64,000 bases of DNA from a virus: IMG/VR virus record IMGVR_UViG_3300009506_000002, positions 1 through 64,000 of that record. The stretch is one strand, 5' to 3'. How positions within the stretch are numbered: the first letter of the stretch is position 1; each line of letters starts with the position of its first letter. Positions 7,397-17,004 of this stretch are shown here, piece after piece. The notes under the pieces were generated by a model. It did no database searches and was not told the origin of the DNA. It saw only the letters and a program-made list of their open reading frames with translations. Position numbers and translations under genes: made by a program.

Positions 7397-8467
7397 TTAT
7401 TTCCTCCCTTTGCTTCGAGCAATCATGTGTTTGGCAAGGTGCCAGTGATCTTCGTACATCTTGAATGACATCTGTTCGAACTCGGCAAACGTGAACCATT
7501 CGACTTCTTCAAAGTCATCCGCAGCTTTCACACGCGGCAGCTTCTCGTTCTTCAGTTCAATCAGGTATGCGTGCGTGATTGTACGACCACGCTCTGAACG
7601 TGCAGGAGAATCAAAGACCTCCTTGTGCGTCATTGAACCACGCAGAACTTGCTCGGGTACCTTGATACTTGTCTCTTCGACCAGTTCACGGAATGCCCCA
7701 TCAATGATGCGCTCGTTCTTCTCAATGAAGCCACCTGGCAGTGCCCAGAGTCCTTTACCTGGTGAGAACTTGCGCTTGCCAAGCAGGATATGTCCTGACT
7801 GAATGACCACGGCGTCGGTTGTCACGAAGGTTGGGGGATACGGAGCAGACTCCCATGACTTCTTGTAGTCTTGAATGAAGCACCACTCTTCCTGAATGGT
7901 GTTGAACACCGGAGAGCTTGCAAACTCCTTCATGACGTTCAGAGTCGTCTCAGGAAGCATGTCGATGTAGTGGCTTCTGAAGAACTTGCCAGGATGATCA
8001 AAGAACGCATCACGGATTTCTGTGCCATTGATCGGCGCGTTGTAGTGGTGGTGCTCGCATGAGAAGTAGGTGTGCCAATTCGGGAAATGGCTCAGGTAGT
8101 AGCTGCTCTCATCTCGGTTGAAGCCCAGCAGGACAACTTCACTTCCCTTGTAGCCAGTGAGCGCGACCTTGTGTTGGATTTGCTCAATCCACTTGTTTTC
8201 GTCATAGGTATAGTCGAAAATGCCCGTGGTAATGACGCGGTTCATGTACCCAGGAGGCGGATTGATAGGATTGAAGATCGGCTCAATCATTTTCGAGCGC
8301 TCGAGTTTTGTGTATGGGTTCTTTGCAGTGCGCGGGGTGTTGTATGACCCCAGCATGACCAGCACACGATCGGCTATCTCGAGACCGTCCTCGATTACCT
8401 TTTTGTGCCCGTTGTGAAATGGTTGGAAACGGCCGATGTAGACGGCCAACTTGTATTTGCGTGACAT
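7397..8467 (-). CDS. Bifunctional NMN adenylyltransferase / ADP-ribose Nudix hydrolase (NadM-Nudix)
   Basis: 'GRFQPFHNGH' HxGH motif; Nudix box 'PGGFIEKNERIIDGAFRELVEET'. Confidence 0.95.
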   Translation of the reverse strand: MSRKYKLAVYIGRFQPFHNGHKKVIEDGLEIADRVLVMLGSYNTPRTAKNPYTKLERSKMIEPIFNPINPPPGYMNRVITTGIFDYTYDENKWIEQIQHKVALTGYKGSEVVLLGFNRDESSYYLSHFPNWHTYFSCEHHHYNAPINGTEIRDAFFDHPGKFFRSHYIDMLPETTLNVMKEFASSPVFNTIQEEWCFIQDYKKSWESAPYPPTFVTTDAVVIQSGHILLGKRKFSPGKGLWALPGGFIEKNERIIDGAFRELVEETSIKVPEQVLRGSMTHKEVFDSPARSERGRTITHAYLIELKNEKLPRVKAADDFEEVEWFTFAEFEQMSFKMYEDHWHLAKHMIARSKGRK

Positions 8468-8537
8468 CGTATTAGACTCCCTAACTTTGATGGTATGTAA
8501 ACTTTATTTAGTGCAACTCTAGCATATTGTCAAGACT

Positions 8538-8906
8538 TTATTTTGCTTCCATGCTCTCAACCTGCTCAAGAGCAACTTTTTCCAGCTCTTCAAGGAATGA
8601 GAAAATCTGCTTGGCATCATCATTGCTAATAATGACTGCATGAGCGCGGCGCTCTATACGTTTACCAAACGGACTTGTCTGCATCTTGCAAGGCAGCTCG
8701 GAGGTAGACACCTTGCCTTTCTCCTTTGCTGCCTGTGCCAGATTCCAGATCAGTTCGTTGTCAACTGACTCGAGGTACTCTGGGTTTTGGTGGAGTAGGT
8801 GCTGCTCCGAAGTGATATAGGTCGTGATCGTTGACAACCTAAAGATCTTCTTGCACGCACGAACCTGCTCCAGAAACTGTAGAACGTTTCCGTTATGGTT
8901 GACCAT
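8538..8906 (-). CDS. Hypothetical protein
   Basis: ORF downstream of the polymerase; start trimmed to avoid overlap. Confidence 0.55.
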   Translation of the reverse strand: MVNHNGNVLQFLEQVRACKKIFRLSTITTYITSEQHLLHQNPEYLESVDNELIWNLAQAAKEKGKVSTSELPCKMQTSPFGKRIERRAHAVIISNDDAKQIFSFLEELEKVALEQVESMEAK

Positions 8907-8928
8907 GCGAGTCAGCACTTCACCACGA

Positions 8929-11532
8929 TTAGCCAAAGAAATCCTCCAGTGATACGGTGTTCTCACTCTTCCAACCTACAGCGTCCAGGATGGCGCGCAA
9001 AGGCTGGAAAAATGCCTTGTCAAACTGTTCATCGTAGTCCACGTATTTCGCCAGTTCGAACTCTGGTGGGAGTGTCGTGTGAGACGGGAATGCGATGATA
9101 TTGTCATGCAGCGGGTTAGGCTGTTTCAGCGTTAGGAACTTGATCTTCTCGCCTTCCTGAATTGGTGCGTCTACTTTGTTGCCTGACTTCTTCAGCAGGT
9201 AATTGTAGTTGAGAGCACCCTTCACGTGTCTTGGTGTTCCTGTTCTGTAACGGGAATCATCGTTGACGCCGTACTTGCGCAAACCAGCCACAGAGCGAGG
9301 GAATGCCACGTCTGCAGGATCGAGCCTTGTGAACTCACCACGAGTCTTCTCAATGAAGTCAAGGACATGGTTGTTGTCGCCAGTCAGAACAAGTTTGATC
9401 GCATCCTTCAGCTTGTTACGGCAGAACTCTGGCGTTGATGACTTCACAACCTCAAGTCCCATGATCTTTGGCTTTGGCTCTGCATAGCGCACGCCTTCTG
9501 AGTCGTAGACCATCAGCGCATAGCGCTTCTTGGCAGTCCAGAAACCACGGGATGCGATTACTTCTCGCTCCATGACCATTGCGTTCCTGTAAGAGTGCAT
9601 GTACTCTGCCAGTTCCTCATAGCCCTTGGTGATAACTGGTTGAATCTTCTCCTTAACCACCTGATCGAGGAAGTCCACAATCTTGGTGTGGTTAGCAGGA
9701 TCCTTCGCGCGTTCACCAAACGCAACCTGCACAATGTCGTTGAGATTCACGTACACCGAGTCGGTATCGCAGTAAATCACGTAGTCCACGTTGCCCGTAC
9801 CAATGATCTTGTTGAGATACTTGTTGATGCGTGCCTGAATCCATTTGATTGAAAGCTGACCTGAAAGCGTCACGGCTTCCGCAACGCGCGGATCGAAGAA
9901 CTGGAAGTAGGCGTTCGCAATAGCGCCATAGCCAGAGTTCATCAGAATCTTGTAGGCAAGCTGCTTGTTATTCAGTGCCGCAATCTCCTTGGTCAACTCT
10001 GCGCGCTTTGCAGGATCCTTGGTGTTTTCCTTCTCCTGCTGCTTTGCCAGCATCAGCTTCTTGGTCTTCTTTCTGTCAGCGTACAGCATCTCCATGAGGC
10101 ATGAGAACATGCTCTGGTGATCCTTACGGTAGTAGGTCTCGTTTGCTGCCATGCAGCGTTCCATCTCGACCAGCTCTGACGTATCAGCGGTGCCCTCAAC
10201 ATAAGGAGTCAGTCTGCGCGCATTCTGCGCATCCTTAGAGGCCTTGTCGGGGTGGCTCAGGTACTGTTCAATATAGGACTCAACCGAACAGGTCAGTTCC
10301 TCATCCAGTGTGTCGGGACCCAGATTGTACTGCATGATCAGGTGAGGATACAGCGAGTTCAAGTCACAGGAGATAATCCAATCGTGTACGCTTGGATCAA
10401 TTTCCTTCACATACGCGCCAGCGATCTGCACCTTTTTGTTGCCAGATACATTCTTGACCTTGGTAAAGATGCTCTGATCATAGAACCAGTTGTAGATGAG
10501 CGCTTCCCATGTACGCACAGGAGAGAACGTATCTGTAAAGTTCTGGTGCGTCATGAAGGCGATGGTGTAGACCAGATACAGCAGGAGCATCTTTTCATCA
10601 ATGCGCTTGACCAGCTCCACGTCCTTGATGTTGTAATCAATGAACTTCTGGAAGTCCGTCTTGTAGAGACTGTGCAGCGTGCCAGCTTCTGAGTAGTCGA
10701 GCTTTCTTTCCTTCAACTCCACGTAGGCGATGTGATCCAGTGAGTAGGACTCCTGTGCCGAATAGGTGTACTTCTTGTACAGGTCAAGATAGTCAAGCGT
10801 TGAGATGCCTACAAATTCGTAGGACTGGTGGTCGCGTCCGTAGTTGTCACGGATGTTCTTGTTGTTGACCATGCCCCACGGAGACAAGCGCTTGACTTCT
10901 GCCGCGCCCAAAACGATCTCAATTCTGTTGACCAGATATGGGATATCGAACATCGCAATGTTCCAGCCAGTGATAACGTCAGGGCACTCCTTGTTCCAAA
11001 AGTCAAGGAACGCGCGCAGCATACCTGCTTCTGTCTGGAAGCCGTGATAGTTCACGTCCTCGCGCTGGTTGTCATACTCACCAACTGCCCAGACGTAGTA
11101 GCGGTCTGTCATGCTGTCATGCAGAGCAATTGAGATTACAGGATACTTGGCATCTTCTGGATAAGGGAATCCCTCATCGGATGCAACTTCGATGTCGAAA
11201 TTGAACAGGCGAATCTTGGTTACGTCATACGCGAATTCGCCAGGATACTTGTCTGTGATATATTGGGATGTCCAGTTTGAACTTCCGTAGATTTGGAAAC
11301 CAGATACATCTTTGTACTGGTCAATGAACTCCTTGGCATCAGCAACGGAGTCGATCTCGAGCTTTTCGAGATTGTTACCACGTTCGTCATGGAACTCTGT
11401 GTGGGTGTTGGAAGTGGGAACCAGAAGTGTAGGAGCAAATTCCTTGGCGCGGAAATTAGCGCGAGACCCATCACGGATCTCGCGCACTAGCAGAGTGTTG
11501 CCTCTACAATAAACGTTTGTGTAAAATCTCAT
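8929..11532 (-). CDS. 43: Family B DNA polymerase (T4 gp43)
   Basis: Exo 'FDIEV', 'DLNSLYP', 'KILMNSGYG', 'YCDTDS', 'KKRYAL'; C-terminal clamp-binding SLEDFFG. Confidence 0.98.
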   Translation of the reverse strand: MRFYTNVYCRGNTLLVREIRDGSRANFRAKEFAPTLLVPTSNTHTEFHDERGNNLEKLEIDSVADAKEFIDQYKDVSGFQIYGSSNWTSQYITDKYPGEFAYDVTKIRLFNFDIEVASDEGFPYPEDAKYPVISIALHDSMTDRYYVWAVGEYDNQREDVNYHGFQTEAGMLRAFLDFWNKECPDVITGWNIAMFDIPYLVNRIEIVLGAAEVKRLSPWGMVNNKNIRDNYGRDHQSYEFVGISTLDYLDLYKKYTYSAQESYSLDHIAYVELKERKLDYSEAGTLHSLYKTDFQKFIDYNIKDVELVKRIDEKMLLLYLVYTIAFMTHQNFTDTFSPVRTWEALIYNWFYDQSIFTKVKNVSGNKKVQIAGAYVKEIDPSVHDWIISCDLNSLYPHLIMQYNLGPDTLDEELTCSVESYIEQYLSHPDKASKDAQNARRLTPYVEGTADTSELVEMERCMAANETYYRKDHQSMFSCLMEMLYADRKKTKKLMLAKQQEKENTKDPAKRAELTKEIAALNNKQLAYKILMNSGYGAIANAYFQFFDPRVAEAVTLSGQLSIKWIQARINKYLNKIIGTGNVDYVIYCDTDSVYVNLNDIVQVAFGERAKDPANHTKIVDFLDQVVKEKIQPVITKGYEELAEYMHSYRNAMVMEREVIASRGFWTAKKRYALMVYDSEGVRYAEPKPKIMGLEVVKSSTPEFCRNKLKDAIKLVLTGDNNHVLDFIEKTRGEFTRLDPADVAFPRSVAGLRKYGVNDDSRYRTGTPRHVKGALNYNYLLKKSGNKVDAPIQEGEKIKFLTLKQPNPLHDNIIAFPSHTTLPPEFELAKYVDYDEQFDKAFFQPLRAILDAVGWKSENTVSLEDFFG

Positions 11533-12548
11533 TCGGTAGTTTCGTCCTCGTCCAATTCTACCACAAAGCCTTCGGGATTGCAAGCCTTCAGGCCGTAAAC
11601 GTCAGTGTAGATTTCCTCAAGCAGACCAAGCCAGAACTGACGGTCAACCTGATCAGGGTAAGCTGATACAGCAGAAAGCTTCTCAACTTCATCAACCAGA
11701 CGATCGAGTTCACCCTCAACCTCTTCCTTGAAGTTAAGCGAACCAGACTTGACCTTTTTCAGGAACTCGGTCTCGGCGAGTGGGTAAGTGAAACCACCCT
11801 CCTTGAAGATTGCGCGTGCCTGATAGCCAGCGCGCAACGCATGAGAGACCGCTTTCCAGTCAACGCCCACGCTGCTCTCGGCAGCTTCGGCACGCTTGCC
11901 ATAGGACTTGAGGATCTTGTTCAGACGATCTTCAAACTCCTGGAAGCTGATTGTGTTCTGGAACTTGCGGCCACAGACCACGTAGAAGTATTGAGTGCCA
12001 AGCTGCTCGTGCTCGGTGGTCTCAAACTCGGTGTGTTCTGTAACTGGCAGGAATTCCCAGTAATCAGCCAGCCGGTCTTCTTTGTCACGGATGTGTTCAC
12101 AAACCTTCAGGCACATCTTGACAGTTGCCAGACGGCGACCTTTTTCACCATACTTGTTGGCCTGCGTGCGGACGTAGCCCACAAAGGACTGCATACTCTT
12201 GGTGTATGCTCGTGCGCGCGCGGCCTGCAGCTTCTCCCAAACAGGAGAAGATGAAAGCAAGGCGCTCTCTGGTGCGTGCAGCATATCCAGGACGGTGGTG
12301 TTGCCCTTGATGACTTCATGCACGAATTTTGGCAGTGAGTAGAATACGCGGTCTACGTCATCTGCTGTGTTCTTGCTCTTACTGTCGCCAGTTGACAGGT
12401 TGACGCAATCAACCACCTGACCAGTTAGCACTTCTGTGAGAGATGGCATGTAGACGCCCATGAAGTCCAGGTCGGACTCAGGAGTTGCCAAACCATACAG
12501 GTGGCTACCGTACTGCATCTCACAAACTAATGTTCTTTCAAAACTCAT
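11529..12548 (-). CDS. Nucleotidyltransferase (T4 NrdC.11-like, Pol-beta superfamily)
   Basis: 'GSHLYGLATPESDLDFMG' and 'DWKAVSHALR' motifs. Confidence 0.85.
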   Translation of the reverse strand: MSFERTLVCEMQYGSHLYGLATPESDLDFMGVYMPSLTEVLTGQVVDCVNLSTGDSKSKNTADDVDRVFYSLPKFVHEVIKGNTTVLDMLHAPESALLSSSPVWEKLQAARARAYTKSMQSFVGYVRTQANKYGEKGRRLATVKMCLKVCEHIRDKEDRLADYWEFLPVTEHTEFETTEHEQLGTQYFYVVCGRKFQNTISFQEFEDRLNKILKSYGKRAEAAESSVGVDWKAVSHALRAGYQARAIFKEGGFTYPLAETEFLKKVKSGSLNFKEEVEGELDRLVDEVEKLSAVSAYPDQVDRQFWLGLLEEIYTDVYGLKACNPEGFVVELDEDETTE

Positions 12549-12571
12549 GGGTATCTCCTCTTACGGATGAA

Positions 12572-12600
12572 AGTCTAACACGAAAAGGTGCCGTTGTCAA
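12572..12600 (-). promoter_or_regulatory. Early promoter TTGACA-N17-TAGACT
   Basis: Consensus match upstream of the NTase-gp43 unit. Confidence 0.8.
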
Positions 12601-13250
12601 GCAGATTCCTGACGTAGTGGGTATGAGCGAATCACCGTCTTGGCAACGTTCTGCTTTTCAAAGCCGAGATCCTTCATGCGCGAATCAACCAGTTCGTGTA
12701 GGTCTTCGAGTGTGCCAGTGTTGAAGAATACGACATCCTCGTTTGCAGCTTCAACGCCCTTCTCAGATACATGGTCGCGGATGACTCCATTGCCAAGCTC
12801 TGGTCTGATGACATGCCACATTTCGCCACCCATTGCACGAATCCATTCCACTTCATTCTCAAAGCGGATATCTGGAATCACAAAGATGCTGTGATCAGCG
12901 CCACGCAAGCGAGTGTGGATGCCGTTGTGATTCAGGCCCTTTTCAGCCAGAACCTTCATGTATTCAAGCTCTGCACGTTTCAGCCAAAAGTCCTCTCGGA
13001 ACTGCTGTCTCATACACTCGGTGCCGAAGTGCTGTGCAAAGTGGCGCGGCGACAGTCCCCAGAACGGGTTATCAACTTCCTTGGTATCCTCATTGTAGAA
13101 GTCATCGAGTGGGATACCCGTTGCAATTGCAATCGCTTCTTTCAGTGGGTCAGCCAGCGCATAACGGTGACCGTTGTAGTGTCCTACCAGATGGGATGCG
13201 ATTGAGTCTTTTCCTGAGCGAGCCTTGCCCGCAATACCGATCAGTTTCAT
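12597..13250 (-). CDS. Deoxynucleoside monophosphate kinase (T4 gp1-like)
   Basis: 'GKARSGKD' P-loop, 'LADPLK', 'FGTE', 'DIRFENE', 'HVSE'. Confidence 0.92.
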   Translation of the reverse strand: MKLIGIAGKARSGKDSIASHLVGHYNGHRYALADPLKEAIAIATGIPLDDFYNEDTKEVDNPFWGLSPRHFAQHFGTECMRQQFREDFWLKRAELEYMKVLAEKGLNHNGIHTRLRGADHSIFVIPDIRFENEVEWIRAMGGEMWHVIRPELGNGVIRDHVSEKGVEAANEDVVFFNTGTLEDLHELVDSRMKDLGFEKQNVAKTVIRSYPLRQESA

Positions 13251-13259
13251 CGTTTCTCC

Positions 13260-13673
13260 TTAGGATATATCTTTGACTCGGATGTTACCCGCAATTGATC
13301 TGTCGAGGCAGAGTGGAATCAGCCAATCAAGGTTTGGCATGGTGCGCTCGAATTCGATGTCTGCAACGTTGTACACTGCAACAACCTCCTCTTCCATTGT
13401 CTCTACGTCAAACACGATGTCTGAGAATGCTCGGAAGAAGTGGCACTCAAAATGCTCGTTGTACAAGCAAACCATGTGCTCCCAGTCGAAGTGCAGTACG
13501 CCAGCCTCTTCGAAGAACTCACGACTCATAGCCTCATGTGGTGGCTCGTCTCCTTCGATCTTGCCGCCGATGGCATTGAGTTTACCTGCCTGCCAATCTG
13601 GTTTAATTTTCCTGATCAGGGCGACCCTTGAGCCGTCCTCTGAGAACATGAATCCAGCGGAGTATCTGATCAT
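13260..13673 (-). CDS. Nudix hydrolase
   Basis: 'GGKIEGDEPPHEAMSREFFEEAG'. Confidence 0.92.
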   Translation of the reverse strand: MIRYSAGFMFSEDGSRVALIRKIKPDWQAGKLNAIGGKIEGDEPPHEAMSREFFEEAGVLHFDWEHMVCLYNEHFECHFFRAFSDIVFDVETMEEEVVAVYNVADIEFERTMPNLDWLIPLCLDRSIAGNIRVKDIS

Positions 13674-13935
13674 ACTTTGTTGCTCCTTTGATAATTTTCA
13701 TTGCCCATGCCTGGGCAAGTTTGTGAGCGCCAGCGTTGAAGAAGCGGCGCCAGAAATAGCTTCGTGAAATAGATAGCACAGTGAAGAAACAAGTGATTCC
13801 AAACGCGGTGCTATAATTGAATGGGAGATGATAGATCGGAACAATGACAAGCATCCATCCAATATATGAAAGCAAGAAGCCGCTTAGAGTATTCAGTGCG
13901 GCTTCAATGAAACTTTCTAGACGGGATTGTTCCAT
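13603..13935 (-). CDS. Small membrane protein, common in phage nucleotide-metabolism clusters
   Basis: 'QSRLESFIEAALNT..G...S...FFTVLSISRSYFWRRFFN' with two TM helices. Confidence 0.75.
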   Translation of the reverse strand: MEQSRLESFIEAALNTLSGFLLSYIGWMLVIVPIYHLPFNYSTAFGITCFFTVLSISRSYFWRRFFNAGAHKLAQAWAMKIIKGATKYDQILRWIHVLRGRLKGRPDQEN

Positions 13936-14903
13936 ACGATGTACCCTCTTCCTTTCTCGCCATTGAGGCTATCTTTGAAGCCACGACGGACATCTTTGAT
14001 ATCCTCGCGGTCATAGCGACGTGACCATGTTGAATCGAGCATTCCAGGATACTCGAACGCAAACTCTTCAGCCCTCTTCATTGCGTCTTCGAATTTGAAG
14101 TGACCACGAGGTGACGGGAACAGCCAGACCATTGATTTCCACAGCGGGTAACCAAAGTTGCTCTGGAACGGCTCAGACTGCTGTGCAGCCATGACCATGA
14201 TTGCTCCATCTGTCAGGAGGTTGTAGTCAAACAGTGAGCCAAGGTAGGCAGGATTGCCCTTCAGGTCGATGACGACATCAAACGGCTCATGAGATCGATT
14301 TGATGCAAATGGATCATGAGATCGATTTGATGCAAACACCGCATCCTTAACAGAATCAAACTGATTGATGCCCAAGTCAGCGAAGAACTCTGGGTTTGCT
14401 TTGCCAATGACAACCGTCTCAATATTTGAGTCGGCCAAGCATTGCGCGCAAATCTTTGCGAGGAAGCCAGTGCCCAGAATCATGACACGATCAACAGATT
14501 TTTCAAGCGAGCGTGAAGTCACATCTGCATATTCCAGGATGTTCATTGCGCAACCCACTGGCTCCAGAATGAAGCGAGGGAAAGGCTTGTCAACAGGAAT
14601 GAACGTGCCGACGGGCGCGTTGTAGTAGTCAGCGAAGCAGTTGTCTGCGTTCGTGGCAACATAGTCACCAACATCCACAGTTTCTACATCCTCACCGACT
14701 CGAGTGACCACGCCAAGACCCTCATGGCCGTGCATGTGAATAGGTAGTGTCATCTTGCCAGTGAATAGATCAACGTCAGAGTTGCAGATGCCAGCAAACA
14801 GAGTTTTGACTTCAATCTCATTCGGACCCGGTGCAGGCTTGTTGAAGATCCCCTCAACAACGTTTTCCTTGCCATCAAGGTAGAATCGTCTAACAGCCCG
14901 CAT
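13917..14903 (-). CDS. Zn-dependent medium-chain (alcohol/sugar) dehydrogenase
   Basis: 'GICNSD', 'GHEGLG', 'EPVGC', Rossmann 'ILGTGFL'. Confidence 0.85.
   Translation of the reverse strand: MRAVRRFYLDGKENVVEGIFNKPAPGPNEIEVKTLFAGICNSDVDLFTGKMTLPIHMHGHEGLGVVTRVGEDVETVDVGDYVATNADNCFADYYNAPVGTFIPVDKPFPRFILEPVGCAMNILEYADVTSRSLEKSVDRVMILGTGFLAKICAQCLADSNIETVVIGKANPEFFADLGINQFDSVKDAVFASNRSHDPFASNRSHEPFDVVIDLKGNPAYLGSLFDYNLLTDGAIMVMAAQQSEPFQSNFGYPLWKSMVWLFPSPRGHFKFEDAMKRAEEFAFEYPGMLDSTWSRRYDREDIKDVRRGFKDSLNGEKGRGYIVWNNPV
14287..14336. repeat. In-frame tandem duplication with 27-bp period (FASNRSHDP/FASNRSHEP)
   Basis: TCATGAGATCGATTTGATGCAAA at 14287 and 14314. Confidence 0.9.
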
Positions 14904-15813
14904 CTTTGATGCCCTCCATTGTTTCATATACCCAGTCATCGATCTCTGAGAAGACCTCATGCTGTCCTTCACTCATGTTGAGGAATGTTTCGAACATGCG
15001 CTCGTATGCCTTCTCAGGACACAAGCCAAGTTTCTCGCGGTGGATGCAAACCGGCAGCTCCAGCTCTGCAATGTCATCCTCGAGGCGCAATGTCTGCGCG
15101 CGCCGCTTGAAGAATGAGATGCTAATGTCATCAGGGTTACCAGTTTCCCAGTCTGCAATCAACATGTCGTCACCGCTCAAAAGGCAGCAGTAGTCGTCCA
15201 CATTGTATCTGCCCTTGCGGTTGATCTCACCATAGTCGGTGTATTTGATGTTCTCGAGAAGGTGGTGCTGCTCTTTGATTGACGAATCAAACGTACTGAA
15301 ACCCTTGATCGCATAGTAGATGTGCAGCAAGTGAGGCATCAGATCACGAGAGACCCCGCCGAAAGCTAGGTCTTTGTCAGTGAACCATGACCCAGGATGT
15401 GGGATGCGATTCTCATTCTGCCACGAAAGCACAATGCTATCTGCAGAGATGTTCTGCCATAGTGCCAAGCTGTCACGGAACAGATTGTTCTTGACCATCT
15501 GCAAACGGATGTTCGGATAGTGGCGCTTGAAGTTCTTCCACGAATAGTGATCGCGGAAACCTGGCTTGTCAACCACGATGAGGTCAGTCAGACACATATT
15601 GGCAACGTCATAGGCCACAGGCTCATGCAGGTAGTTTGGTGTGGCAATTACGACGATGTCGTAGTAGTCCCACTTGACATCGCTCACATACTTGTAGGTT
15701 GCCTCTTCCTTGTTTGGGTCAACCGTGTCAACATGGTATCCCATATCTGACAGGATGTAGGCGTACATCTGACCGATACCGAGACCGATGACCAATGCGT
15801 AACCTCTAACCAT
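14890..15813 (-). CDS. Gfo/Idh/MocA family NAD(P)-dependent oxidoreductase
   Basis: 'VIGLGIG', 'IATPNYLH', 'VDKP', 'GGVSRDLMPH'. Confidence 0.85.
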   Translation of the reverse strand: MVRGYALVIGLGIGQMYAYILSDMGYHVDTVDPNKEEATYKYVSDVKWDYYDIVVIATPNYLHEPVAYDVANMCLTDLIVVDKPGFRDHYSWKNFKRHYPNIRLQMVKNNLFRDSLALWQNISADSIVLSWQNENRIPHPGSWFTDKDLAFGGVSRDLMPHLLHIYYAIKGFSTFDSSIKEQHHLLENIKYTDYGEINRKGRYNVDDYCCLLSGDDMLIADWETGNPDDISISFFKRRAQTLRLEDDIAELELPVCIHREKLGLCPEKAYERMFETFLNMSEGQHEVFSEIDDWVYETMEGIKDAGC

Positions 15814-17002
15814 TGTCGTCACCACCAAAGAAGTTTTCTAGGGAGGACATTTCTGACTCTGTGTCCTTGGTTGTAAACTCACGGTCGATGATCTCATACG
15901 CTCCCTCAAGGTTCTGGAATGCCTTGTAAATGGTGCGCACGTTCTTCTTCACCTCTGCAGGGAATGAAGCATCAAACACCTCAGGCATGTCCATGTTGAT
16001 CAGGCTGTCGATGGTGTTCTTGTAGCGCATCATGAGATACAGGTTATGCTCAAGGCCAAGCATGTAGAAGTCACGCGGACTCTTCAGCCAAGCCTTCACG
16101 CTGCCAACGTCACGGCATACAGGACAGTCGCATGGCATACCTAGATCGTCAGGAACATTCTTGTAGTCATGACGGTTTGAGTAGTAAATCTGCTGGATGC
16201 CAGTGTAGCCTGGGAAGATGAAGTATCCACCAAAGGCCAAGTTGCGCTGGAAGTATGACGAGTCAAAGATGATCTGAACGTCAACACCCAGGCGATTGAG
16301 GTTCTTCTGAATGGCAGCGAAGTAGATCATCGCGTCCATACGTGACACGCCGAAGATGTGGTGATACTTGACGTTTGGCTTGTCGTATTCACCCTTCTTG
16401 AGCAGGAAGAAAATGCCTTTCAGTGTGGCCTTGAAGTTGCGGTTTGTACCACCGTGTGCCCAGCCATCAAACTCGAAGTCCGATACAGCCTTGTACCAAC
16501 GTTCCATTTCTGGCACGTTCTTTGCTGATAGCACATTTAGGATAGAACAGTCCGATTTCGATCTGTTTTCGTGATAGTAGCGAGCAGCCTCATGTGACAG
16601 GTCAAGGCAGCGCTGAATTTCACCCTCACTACCTGCATTGGTAACAGGGCGATCGAGGATCGGGAAGATGTTGCCATTGCGCTCTGACCAATCAAGGGCG
16701 ATCTTGTTGTTCCAGTTCTTTTCAGACAGCGCGCCAGTTGAAAGCTGATACCCGCCTGAGTCCACAAAGATGCAAGCATGTTCATCGATGCTCAAATCCT
16801 CACGGATGTTGGGATACTTCTTGGCATGATGCGCAGCAGAGAACAGAACATCGGGATGGTAGAAGTAGTTATCAGCGTCCTTGTTGAAGAAACGCAATGA
16901 TTTGTGGATGCAATCAGACGTGCTGATAATATCCTGATCTGACTTCTTCAGGTAGCTGGTAGTTGCGCAGCTAAGTGAAGCAAAATATCGGGTAGTTCTC
17001 AA
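15806..17002 (-). CDS. dpdA: TGT-like DNA-guanine transglycosylase (DpdA-like)
   Basis: 'FVDSGGYQL', 'ILD.P', 'HHIFGVS', 'FDSS', Zn motif 'CDCPVC...HN'; located in the que cluster; ends with SLENFF. Confidence 0.8.
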   Translation of the reverse strand: MRTTRYFASLSCATTSYLKKSDQDIISTSDCIHKSLRFFNKDADNYFYHPDVLFSAAHHAKKYPNIREDLSIDEHACIFVDSGGYQLSTGALSEKNWNNKIALDWSERNGNIFPILDRPVTNAGSEGEIQRCLDLSHEAARYYHENRSKSDCSILNVLSAKNVPEMERWYKAVSDFEFDGWAHGGTNRNFKATLKGIFFLLKKGEYDKPNVKYHHIFGVSRMDAMIYFAAIQKNLNRLGVDVQIIFDSSYFQRNLAFGGYFIFPGYTGIQQIYYSNRHDYKNVPDDLGMPCDCPVCRDVGSVKAWLKSPRDFYMLGLEHNLYLMMRYKNTIDSLINMDMPEVFDASFPAEVKKNVRTIYKAFQNLEGAYEIIDREFTTKDTESEMSSLENFFGGDDNG

Positions 17003-17004
17003 AC

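Noticed and set aside
8929-11583. ORF-track extended starts for genes 43, 44, dut, GT-B and the dehydrogenase
   Set aside because: The extensions overlap upstream genes; downstream ATGs match family N-termini and SD or coupling positions
15806-17002. Interpretation as a tRNA queuosine TGT
   Set aside because: No queC/queF/queA in the window, none of the visible tRNAs has a GUN anticodon, and the protein has a clamp-binding tail; DNA targeting is more plausible
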